From a bacterium (GTDB taxonomy: Bacteria; JACRDZ01; JAJRWM01): a stretch of 39,591 nt of DNA. The DNA lies in contig JAJRWM010000100.1 of assembly GCA_024276815.1 (NCBI GenBank), forward strand, positions 1 to 39,591, given 5' to 3'. The position numbers and the translations under genes are program-made. Shown here in pieces: positions 31,890-39,591 of this stretch. The notes below the pieces were generated by a model, which saw only the letters and a program-made list of their open reading frames with translations, did no database searches and was not told where the DNA came from. Position 1 is the stretch's first letter; each line of letters starts with the position of its first letter.

Positions 31890-33986
31890 ATGCATAGAGA
31901 TTTCGTCGCCAAATCCGATTTAAGAAAATATATCAAGATTGTTATCCGTCGCAAGTTTATCCTGATCTTTTCCACCCTGGTTATCTTCTCACTGTCAGTG
32001 CTGGGTATTTTTCTCAGCAAGCCGGTGTATCAGGCGTCAACCAAGGTCTTGATTAAGACCCCGGAGGGGCTGGGGCTGATTTCTGACGATGTCAATATGG
32101 TTGATAAAAGCATCAGGCCTATCCGCAGCCGGATACTCAGTTATGTTTATCTGAAAAAGGTGGTTGAGCGGTTGAACATGGTGAAAAGCCTGCGGGAAAA
32201 ATTCGCTGTGGGTAAATTCGCTGAAGCTCCCAGGGAAATGATCGAACGACTGATTATCAATAATCTCCAGCAACGGCGGTTAAGAGTTATTCCCAAGGGC
32301 AAATTCCTGTTTGAAATCCGGGCGCAACATGAGGACCCCAAGCTCGCCATGGACCTGGCCAATAATGTCGCCCAGGTGTTTATTGAGGAAAGTTTTCGGG
32401 ATGAACAGGCCGGGTTGAACGCTTTGTTCTCTTTTATCAGCGAGCAGTTGGAAAAATATAAAAACCGTCTGCTGGACGCTGAAGACAAGCTGACAGAATA
32501 TAAAATGAAAAACATTGTGCCCAAGGAAATTTCCCGCTCCAATAAAAAAATCAACGAATACGAGTCTCAAAAAGCCAAGCTGGAAATTAACCTGAGAGCG
32601 CTTAATATTGAGTTGGATAACCTGCGGAAAGTAATTCTTGAAAGCGACTCCAGAATCCTGGACTATTATGTCAACAACGTCCAGAGCTTTAAGGGGTTAC
32701 GCGTTCCAGATATAGAGACAAAGATCGAGGAGCTTAAATTTACCCTCGAAAACCTGCTCACCAAATACACCAGGAGCTACCCGGCGGTTATCGAGGTTCA
32801 AAGAAGAATCAACGGTCTTCAGGAGAAACTGCTGAACGAGGTCAAGCTGGGTATTCAGAAAAAGATAAACAGTTACCAGAAAGAGCTTGAGCGTTCAAAA
32901 CTGATAATGAAGGATCTGGATGCCAAAATCGAGGAATACAACAAACAGCTTATGTCGCTGCCGGCGCAAGAGGTTGAGTATGTGCGTTTGTTGAGATACA
33001 AGGAAACCAGTGAAAATATTTATAAACTGTTCATGAAGAAAATGGAAGATACGGAGATCGCCAAAGCGTCTGACCAGAAGAAAATCCGCATACCATACAA
33101 GATAATTGATCCGGCCCTGTTGCCCTTGGTACCGGTTAAACCCAACAAGAAAAAAATCCTGATTATGGGTCTTTTCCTGGGGTTTGGAGTAGGCTTCGCC
33201 TGGATTTTCCTGCTGGAGTTTTTTGATTCCTCCCTGAAAGATGTTGAGGATATCGCTCACATGGTTAAGGCGCCTAACCTGGGCGTGATACCATTAATTG
33301 GCTTGGGGAAAGGGCAGGCGCCGGAGATTGATAATTTATACGACCGGGAGTCGAACTACCTGACGGAATTTATTCGTCTTTATAAAAACATTGAAGTCCT
33401 GGGAACTCCCCAGGTGATACTGTTTACCAGTAGCTTGAAAAGCGAAGGGAAGAGCTTGTTAATCAGCAGCCTGGCCTTGACGGCGATACGTATGCAGCAA
33501 GAGCCGGTATTGCTGATCGATAGCGATTTAAGGGGCGGGCGGCTGCACCGGATTTTTAAAACGCCGAACGAGGTTGGTCTCTCGGATATTCTGACGGGTC
33601 AGGCGAAGCTGGACGAGGCGGTCAAGGAAACGAAATATCCCAACCTGAAACTGATAACCGTGGGGACCAGGAACAAGAACCCCGGTGAATTTGTCGAATC
33701 GCCGGCTTATGCCAAACTTATCAGGGAATTACGAACCAAGTACCGCTATATTTTAATTGACGCGCCGCCGGTTTTGCCGGTCAACGACGCTATCTCGATC
33801 AGTCGCCACGCGGACGGCGTTATCTATATCGTTTTGGCCGGCGAAACTCCTCTTGAGGTAATCAAGCGGGGGCTGGGTATCCTCGAACAAGCGCAGACCA
33901 AGGTTTTCGGCACGGTAGTTAATAACAAGAAAGAAGTTTTAAACGACGCCGGCTATGGCTATGATTACGCTTATCCCTATGAATAG
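31890..33986 (+). CDS. Polysaccharide co-polymerase (Wzz/GumC-like) fused to a BY-family tyrosine kinase, Wzc/EpsG-like
   Basis: 698 aa. N-terminal TM, long coiled-coil region, second TM. Walker A SSLKSEGKS, A' LLIDSDLRGG, B ILIDAPPVLPVNDA. C-terminal Tyr cluster GYGYDYAYPYE. Confidence 0.85.
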   Translation: MHRDFVAKSDLRKYIKIVIRRKFILIFSTLVIFSLSVLGIFLSKPVYQASTKVLIKTPEGLGLISDDVNMVDKSIRPIRSRILSYVYLKKVVERLNMVKSLREKFAVGKFAEAPREMIERLIINNLQQRRLRVIPKGKFLFEIRAQHEDPKLAMDLANNVAQVFIEESFRDEQAGLNALFSFISEQLEKYKNRLLDAEDKLTEYKMKNIVPKEISRSNKKINEYESQKAKLEINLRALNIELDNLRKVILESDSRILDYYVNNVQSFKGLRVPDIETKIEELKFTLENLLTKYTRSYPAVIEVQRRINGLQEKLLNEVKLGIQKKINSYQKELERSKLIMKDLDAKIEEYNKQLMSLPAQEVEYVRLLRYKETSENIYKLFMKKMEDTEIAKASDQKKIRIPYKIIDPALLPLVPVKPNKKKILIMGLFLGFGVGFAWIFLLEFFDSSLKDVEDIAHMVKAPNLGVIPLIGLGKGQAPEIDNLYDRESNYLTEFIRLYKNIEVLGTPQVILFTSSLKSEGKSLLISSLALTAIRMQQEPVLLIDSDLRGGRLHRIFKTPNEVGLSDILTGQAKLDEAVKETKYPNLKLITVGTRNKNPGEFVESPAYAKLIRELRTKYRYILIDAPPVLPVNDAISISRHADGVIYIVLAGETPLEVIKRGLGILEQAQTKVFGTVVNNKKEVLNDAGYGYDYAYPYE

Positions 33987-34013
33987 CCGGTTATCCCGGC
34001 CGCCTCGCAAGGA

Positions 34014-35147
34014 ATGATGTTTAAACGACTGCTAGTTTTGAATACCAGCGTTTCAGGAATGAATAAATTTCTTTTCCGCTCTTTGGCAAAAGAAGGCTGG
34101 AAGCTGGAAATTATCGATATTCCTTTGCCTCGTTCCGACATCCTTCGAGCCTACGCTGAGACCTTTAATCTTAATGTTAAATTGTGGAAAAAACAGGCGA
34201 CCGCGAAAATAGAAAGTTACCAGATCTCGCCTCGGATTTTTCGTAAACGTTCGCTTTACTGTGAAAAACTACTAAAGAAAGAATGGCGGCCCGGCGACTT
34301 GATCCTGCAGATAGCCGGCCTTTTCGCGCCGGTGGTCAGCCTGGAACATCTGCCCGGGCCTTACGCCGTGTTTCTAAGTTTTACCGCCAGGCTTTCCGCG
34401 CGTGAATACCCACCCTGGGTACCGTTTGAATCTGATAAAGATCGGGAGGGCTGGTTTAGATCAGAAGCCTTTCTTTATCAAAGCGCTTCCCTGATTCTTT
34501 CAACCAACGCTCATGCTAAAAAATCACTGGTTCAGGACTATCGGGTTGACGGACAAAAGGTAACGGTGATCGGTTACGGTATTAACCTGGAAAAGCTGGT
34601 CCGAGAAGAAAAAGATTATTCCGGGAAGAAAATTTTGTTTATCGGGTATGATTTTGTGCGCAAAGGCGGACCGACAATTCTGTCCGCTTTTGCCCAGGTC
34701 CGGCAAAGTCTGCCCGACGCGGAACTGATTATCATCGGGCCGCCAGTTCCCGATACCGTGCCGCAGGGCGTTAACTGGATTGGCCCGGTTCAGGATCGAA
34801 GCGTTGTTGCCGGGGCATTGCGGGAAGCGGTTGTTTTTGTCATGCCGTCAATCTGCGAACCCTTTGGCCTGGTGTTTTTGGAAGCGATGGCTAATGGTCT
34901 GCCTTGCATTGGCAGCTACCGCGACGCGATGCCCGAAATAATTCAAGAAAACGAAACGGGTTTTTTAATTGAGCCGGGCGATGCGGAAGACTTGGCGGCG
35001 AAGATGAAGAAGCTGTTAACTGACCGGGAGTTATGTCAAAGCATGGGGCAGGCCGCCGCGGTCAGGGTCGATCAGAATTTCACCTGGGAACTGGTCGGCA
35101 AAAGGGTAACCGAAGCAATCAATAAAACTGGCCGTCTTGTCGACTGA
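34014..35147 (+). CDS. GT4 family (GT-B fold) glycosyltransferase
   Basis: C-terminal half has the GT4 pattern ...FVMPSICEPFGLVFLEAMANGLPCIGS...E..TGFL. Confidence 0.8.
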   Translation: MMFKRLLVLNTSVSGMNKFLFRSLAKEGWKLEIIDIPLPRSDILRAYAETFNLNVKLWKKQATAKIESYQISPRIFRKRSLYCEKLLKKEWRPGDLILQIAGLFAPVVSLEHLPGPYAVFLSFTARLSAREYPPWVPFESDKDREGWFRSEAFLYQSASLILSTNAHAKKSLVQDYRVDGQKVTVIGYGINLEKLVREEKDYSGKKILFIGYDFVRKGGPTILSAFAQVRQSLPDAELIIIGPPVPDTVPQGVNWIGPVQDRSVVAGALREAVVFVMPSICEPFGLVFLEAMANGLPCIGSYRDAMPEIIQENETGFLIEPGDAEDLAAKMKKLLTDRELCQSMGQAAAVRVDQNFTWELVGKRVTEAINKTGRLVD

Positions 35148-35160
35148 TTGAGGGAAAATT

Positions 35161-36570
35161 TTGGAGAGTTACATCACGGAAGACCGGCTGGTAATTTTCA
35201 CGCCGCGGAACATCTTCAATTTTCTGGCTGGCTGTTTTTGTTTTTATCTTGGCTGGCTACATATTATGTATCCTTGGTATTACAGCCTGGGAGTCCTCTT
35301 TGGCGCCCTGTCGCTTTTCTTCGTTTTCAGTTATCCGCTGGTGGGGCTGTATCTTTTTCTGGCGATTGTCTACATCCGGCCCCAGGATTACTACCCGGTG
35401 CTGGGCGTCCTGAATTTAACGAGATCGGTAGCCATTTTAATGCTGGTGGTTTTCGCGGTCAAAACAGTGATCAGCCGCAAGCCTTTTGTCGTTTCCAAAC
35501 AGAATAAATACTTGCTTCTGATTACCTTGTTGATGGCCGCTTCCTCGTTGTTAAGCGGTTGGCCGGCGGAATCAATGGGGAAATGGTTTGATTACACGAA
35601 GAAGGTTTTGACCTTTTTCGTAATCATAAATCTGGTGGACACCAAGAAGAAATTTGTCTTTCTGATCTGGTTTTACGTTTTGCTGAACTTCGCCATCTCC
35701 GGGCAGTATATCTGGCAGTATATAACCGGCTACGGCTACCAGTACGGCCGGTTATTCGGTTTGACGACCGGGTTTTTGGGGAACGCCGACGAGATCGCCA
35801 TTACCTTTATCGTCAGTTTGCCCCTCGCGGTGGCTCTTTATTTTGAGCAGGAGAACTATTTCCTGAAAAGTTTTTTTGCCCTGGGAGCGTTTTCGCTCTT
35901 TTTCTCGACGATTCTCACCATGTCAAGAGGCGCATTGTTAAGCGTTATCGCCGTAATTTTCCTGCTGTTTTATATGTATCGCTCCAGCTTGAAAAAGATA
36001 CAGCTTTACCAGGTAATTCTGTTCTTGCTGGCCGCCGCCGCGGTTCTTTTCCGCTTGCGGGGAACGATTCTGGGGTTGCTCGAACGGTCGAATGATTTTG
36101 ACGACCCGGCGGTTACCGGTCGGTTTGACGCCTGGAAAACCGCCTGGAAGATAATCAAGGCTTATCCCCTGTTCGGCGTTGGGCGGGGTAATTTTGTTAC
36201 CTATTGGACGGATAACTTCGCCGCCGGCAGTTGGGGGCAAAGACAGGTCGCCCATAATATATTGTTGCAGGTGGCCGCTGAAACCGGGTTGATAAACTTG
36301 ATCTTCTATTTAAAATTTATCTTTCAGTCGCTGTTTGACTGGAACCGCTTTTTGTTCGCTGTTGAACCCAGGACGCGGGATGACCGCTTTATTCTTACGA
36401 CCATGCGTTGCCTGGTGGTCAGCATCCTCGGATTTTTGTCGGGCGGTATGTTTATCACGGTGGGCTTTACCTGGCACATTTTCCTGCTGGTGGCGTTTTT
36501 TGTCGCCGCGGAGAAAAACCTGCTCAATACTTATAAAATAAACGAATGGCAGGAAGATTCCCAACCATGA
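35161..36570 (+). CDS. O-antigen ligase/polymerase-like (Wzy family) membrane protein
   Basis: 469 aa, at least 10 TM helices, a large loop with ...TMSRGALL... and HNILLQVAAETGL typical of the Wzy_C/O-antigen ligase family. TTG start with GAGGGA RBS. Confidence 0.7.
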   Translation: MESYITEDRLVIFTPRNIFNFLAGCFCFYLGWLHIMYPWYYSLGVLFGALSLFFVFSYPLVGLYLFLAIVYIRPQDYYPVLGVLNLTRSVAILMLVVFAVKTVISRKPFVVSKQNKYLLLITLLMAASSLLSGWPAESMGKWFDYTKKVLTFFVIINLVDTKKKFVFLIWFYVLLNFAISGQYIWQYITGYGYQYGRLFGLTTGFLGNADEIAITFIVSLPLAVALYFEQENYFLKSFFALGAFSLFFSTILTMSRGALLSVIAVIFLLFYMYRSSLKKIQLYQVILFLLAAAAVLFRLRGTILGLLERSNDFDDPAVTGRFDAWKTAWKIIKAYPLFGVGRGNFVTYWTDNFAAGSWGQRQVAHNILLQVAAETGLINLIFYLKFIFQSLFDWNRFLFAVEPRTRDDRFILTTMRCLVVSILGFLSGGMFITVGFTWHIFLLVAFFVAAEKNLLNTYKINEWQEDSQP

Positions 36571-38747
36571 TCAGAGTAATGCACGTGGTTATCGATATGG
36601 ACAAGGGCGGCTTGCAGAATGTCGTGCTTAATCTCTGCCGGCAGATTAAACACCCGGAAATCGAACAGTTGGTCTGTTGCCTGGAAGCCGAAGGGGAATT
36701 AGTCCCGGTTTTAAAAGAGCTGGGGATACCGGTTTTTTTTATGGCCAAGGAACCGGGCCTGGACTTTCTTTTACCATTCAAATTAGCCCACTTGTTTAGG
36801 AAAAATAGAATAACCGTGGTCCATTCCCATGATACCGGGGCCAACTTTTACGGCGCTCTGGGCGGCTTGATCGCCGCCGTAAAATGCCTGCTTAAAACCG
36901 AACACGGCGGGATCAACCTCGCCACCCGGCGAATTATGAAGTTTGAGGGCTGGCTGATAAAAAAGATGAATAAAATGATTACCGTTTCCGGCTATTTGAA
37001 AGAACGGGTAATTTCCCGGCAGGGGGTTGAAAGCGACCGGATCATGGTTATCCATAACGGTATTGACGCTGACCAGTATTTATCGTCCGTTGATTTGGCG
37101 GCGAAAAGAAAGGAACTGGGCTTCTCGCCGGAAGATAAAATCATCTTTACGGTCGGACGGGTGGTCGCTTTAAAAAACATCCGGTTGTTGATCAAGGCGG
37201 CTTCCCGGCTAAGAGCTGAGTTTCCCGCAATTAAAATCGCCATAATCGGCAGCGGGCCGGAGGAGGAGAAGCTCAAAAAATTAACCGCTGAGAAAAATAT
37301 GGCGGACACCGTGAAGTTCCTGGGGCACCGCGCGGATATCTCCGAAATCATTCCCGCTCTGGATATTTTTGTGCTTTGTTCCCGGTTTGAGGGGCTGGGG
37401 CTGGTGCTTCTCGAAGCCATGGCGGCTAAAAAACCGGTGGCCGCGAGTAACGTCGGCGGTATCCCGGAAATAGTCAGGGATAAACAGAACGGCTTGCTGT
37501 TTGCTTCCGACAGCGAAGACGAGTTGGCCGAGGCGCTGAAAAAACTGCTGACGGAGCCGGAACTGGTTAATAAGCTGACCCGGGCGGGTTATCAAACGGC
37601 CTGTGAGGATTTCAGCGTACGGGAAATGGCCGAGGCCTATAGCGACGTTTACCGCTATCATACTTACAGCGCAACCGCCGGCCAGCGTCTTTACCAAAGC
37701 CTGGTAACCGGGTTGCGCCGTCTTATCAAAGCCACGGTCTATAATTTATGGTATTTCAGCGGCTTGGCTTTTCTCCTCCCGGCTAAAAACAGGCTGCGAG
37801 TTGTCACCTATCACCGGGTCGTTGACCGGGATGATCTTAACTCATCGCCGGTTGGCCTGGCGGTTACCAGAGAAACCTTTGAAAAGCATTTAATCCATTA
37901 TAAAAAATATTGCCATATTATTGATGAAGCAACGTTGCTAAATCATCGGGACAACCTTTCCTCGCTGCCCAGAAACGCTTTGTTGATTACCTTTGACGAC
38001 GGCTATATCGATAATTACGAGATCGCTCTCGGGATTATGAAAAAGCACGAAATCCCGGGGATTATTTTCGTCGCCGCTAATTATATCGGCAGGACCAGGC
38101 TGTTCTGGTCGGATATTGTCGCCTTTATTTTAAAAGTGGTCGCCGATGGCGAACTGGACGCTGAAAGGATCGCCGGCCGGCTTTCTCCAAAGCTGATTAA
38201 TCTTTTTTCCCGGGTCCTTGATTGCGGGCGTCCCCTCGCTCCCAAGCCGTATAATGATTTTATGAGCCGTTTAAAAGAACTGGCGGAGCGTGAGGAAATA
38301 ATAGGGACAATGGTTCGGGGCGCGGCTCTGGAGGCGGAGGGGATCGGGGAGCAAAAGCGATATAGCGTTCTCTCCTGGGAGCAGCTCCGGGAAATGGCGA
38401 AGGCCGGTATTGTCTGCGGCGCCCACACCCTGAATCATCCGGATGTTACGAAAATCTCTTCGGAAGAACTGCGAACGGAATTGGTCGAGGCGAAGAAAAT
38501 TATCGAGCAAAAGATGGGGCGGAGCGTTGACAGCTTCGCCTATCCCTACGGTTTTTATGATGACAGTTCCGCCGCCGAAGTTGAAAAGGCCGGTTACAAA
38601 GTCGCTTTTTCGCTGGAGGGGGGCGACAATAAATCTCTCTATCGTTTGCGCCGTCTTAATGTCTGGGAAGATTCCTTTAAGGGGGCTGGCGGAAAAATTT
38701 CCCCGGCGCTTTTAAAAATGGAACTCAGGGTGCTTTCCCGTGGTTAG
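36567..38747 (+). CDS. Bifunctional GT4 glycosyltransferase + NodB-type polysaccharide deacetylase fusion
   Basis: GT4 motif SRFEGLGLVLLEAMAAKKPVAASNVGGIPEIV. After a hydrophobic linker, TFDDGY and HTLNHPD (NodB motifs). ATG 36567 overlaps the Wzy stop (ATGA); the track start is 36546. Confidence 0.8.
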   Translation: MIRVMHVVIDMDKGGLQNVVLNLCRQIKHPEIEQLVCCLEAEGELVPVLKELGIPVFFMAKEPGLDFLLPFKLAHLFRKNRITVVHSHDTGANFYGALGGLIAAVKCLLKTEHGGINLATRRIMKFEGWLIKKMNKMITVSGYLKERVISRQGVESDRIMVIHNGIDADQYLSSVDLAAKRKELGFSPEDKIIFTVGRVVALKNIRLLIKAASRLRAEFPAIKIAIIGSGPEEEKLKKLTAEKNMADTVKFLGHRADISEIIPALDIFVLCSRFEGLGLVLLEAMAAKKPVAASNVGGIPEIVRDKQNGLLFASDSEDELAEALKKLLTEPELVNKLTRAGYQTACEDFSVREMAEAYSDVYRYHTYSATAGQRLYQSLVTGLRRLIKATVYNLWYFSGLAFLLPAKNRLRVVTYHRVVDRDDLNSSPVGLAVTRETFEKHLIHYKKYCHIIDEATLLNHRDNLSSLPRNALLITFDDGYIDNYEIALGIMKKHEIPGIIFVAANYIGRTRLFWSDIVAFILKVVADGELDAERIAGRLSPKLINLFSRVLDCGRPLAPKPYNDFMSRLKELAEREEIIGTMVRGAALEAEGIGEQKRYSVLSWEQLREMAKAGIVCGAHTLNHPDVTKISSEELRTELVEAKKIIEQKMGRSVDSFAYPYGFYDDSSAAEVEKAGYKVAFSLEGGDNKSLYRLRRLNVWEDSFKGAGGKISPALLKMELRVLSRG

Positions 38748-38757
38748 GGGGCAGGAG

Positions 38758-39591
38758 ATGTTGAGGGTTATGTTTTTGTCAAGCAATACCGGGCTTTTCG
38801 GCGCGGAAGGCGTGATTTTGAATTTAATGAAAAAACTGCCATCTTCGGTTCAGTTGTACCTGGGAAATTTTATTAACCGGCAAAATCCCCACGAGGAGCT
38901 GGCGGTCGCCGCCGCCAACCTGGGGGTTGTCGTCAAAAACCTTGACTGCTCCGGGCCGCTTGATGTTAAGACGATAAAAAAGCTGGTAAAAATCATCAAG
39001 GCGGAAAAAATTGATATAATACACAGCCACGGCTATAAATCGGACTTTTATGGACTGACCGCCGCCAGGCTGACCGGGCGGCCGATTGTCAGCACCTTGC
39101 ACAGTTTAAACTGGGCAGAAAAGAAGGTTGGCTTTTACGTTAAAATCCAAAAATTCCTTTTTCGCTATTTCAACGCGGTGGTCTGCGTTTCCGAAAAACT
39201 GCTTCAGGAAATGAAAGAAACCGCGGTCGCCAAAGAGAAGCTGAGAGTTATTGATAATGGAATTGACGTTGAAAGTTATCAACACGATAGAAGCGACCGG
39301 CTGAAAATGACGGGAAAATACCGGTTGACGGAAAAAACTGAATTTATCGGAACGGCGGGGCGGCTCAGCCAGGAAAAGGGGCAGGATGTTTTTATTAAAG
39401 CGGCGGCCAGGCTGGCCGGTGAATTCCCTGACGCCTGCTTTTTAATCGCCGGGAGCGGGCCGCGGGAAGCCGGTCTCAAGCGGTTGGTTGAGGAATTGAG
39501 GCTGGGAGAGCGGCTGAAATTTCTCGGTTTGATTGACGACATGATAAGTTATTATAACGCCTTGGATGTTTTTGTGCTGCCTTCCTTAACC
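38758..39591 (+). CDS. GT4 family glycosyltransferase, 3'-truncated by the window end
   Basis: Absent from the ORF track because it has no stop in the window. I translated it by hand from ATG 38758 (GGCAGGAG RBS): 278 open codons, MLRVMFLSSNTGLFGAEG...GRLSQEKGQDVFIKAAARL...FVLPSLT. Confidence 0.75.
   Translation, partial: MLRVMFLSSNTGLFGAEGVILNLMKKLPSSVQLYLGNFINRQNPHEELAVAAANLGVVVKNLDCSGPLDVKTIKKLVKIIKAEKIDIIHSHGYKSDFYGLTAARLTGRPIVSTLHSLNWAEKKVGFYVKIQKFLFRYFNAVVCVSEKLLQEMKETAVAKEKLRVIDNGIDVESYQHDRSDRLKMTGKYRLTEKTEFIGTAGRLSQEKGQDVFIKAAARLAGEFPDACFLIAGSGPREAGLKRLVEELRLGERLKFLGLIDDMISYYNALDVFVLPSLT

Noticed and set aside
35148-35507. 119-aa ORF overlapping the start of the Wzy-like gene
   Set aside because: It lies in a different frame of the same strand. 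The product is Gly/Pro/Arg-rich, whereas the 469-aa frame gives a coherent polytopic membrane protein.
1-39591. CRISPR arrays, tRNA/rRNA genes, transposases, integrases, phage or defence genes
   Set aside because: Scanning intergenic regions and the ORF translations showed no regularly spaced direct repeats, no tRNA-like T-arm/acceptor patterns and no recombinase or nuclease motifs. Absence is by eye only and should be confirmed with tRNAscan-SE, Infernal and a CRISPR finder.

Overview
39.6-kb chromosomal window starting in the replication-origin neighbourhood of a bacterium with a Gram-negative-type envelope. I saw no rRNA or tRNA, so I cannot place it taxonomically. From left to right: (1) DnaA boxes, dnaA, a DnaA-box/AT-rich spacer, dnaN and recF. 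(2) On the minus strand, a copper module: a split CpxP/Spy-like LTXXQ gene and a P1B ATPase with an unusual glutaredoxin-like + 2xYHS + HMA N-terminus. (3) lepA. (4) A long minus-strand envelope cluster, driven by a near-consensus promoter at about 20.0 kb: FecR-domain protein, a 1732-aa lipoprotein (Ig-like modules plus 14 beta-propeller-type repeats), a beta-barrel OMP, a YidD-like protein and two TPR proteins. (5) LysM-M23 peptidase, acylphosphatase and a TIGR00725-like protein. (6) A PEP-CTERM protein with a long leader. (7) Sugar-nucleotide genes (acetyltransferase, Gfo/Idh/MocA oxidoreductase, UXS-like) and citrate synthase. (8) A Wzy-dependent-type exopolysaccharide locus: GT39-TPR, GT2-TPR, unknown membrane protein, Wzz+BY-kinase fusion, GT4, Wzy-like, GT4-NodB fusion, and a GT4 that runs off the end. 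Four things stand out. First, a dispersed intergenic repeat family; two copies are nearly identical, inverted, and bracket the 12-kb origin segment. Second, the FecR/giant lipoprotein/OMP/YidD/TPR cluster is a candidate surface-display system. Third, three genes are interrupted: in-frame TAA in citrate synthase, in-frame TAG inside a TPR motif, and a -1 shift at an A8 tract. Fourth, several uncommon domain fusions. All homology statements come from reading motifs in the translations; no database search was run.
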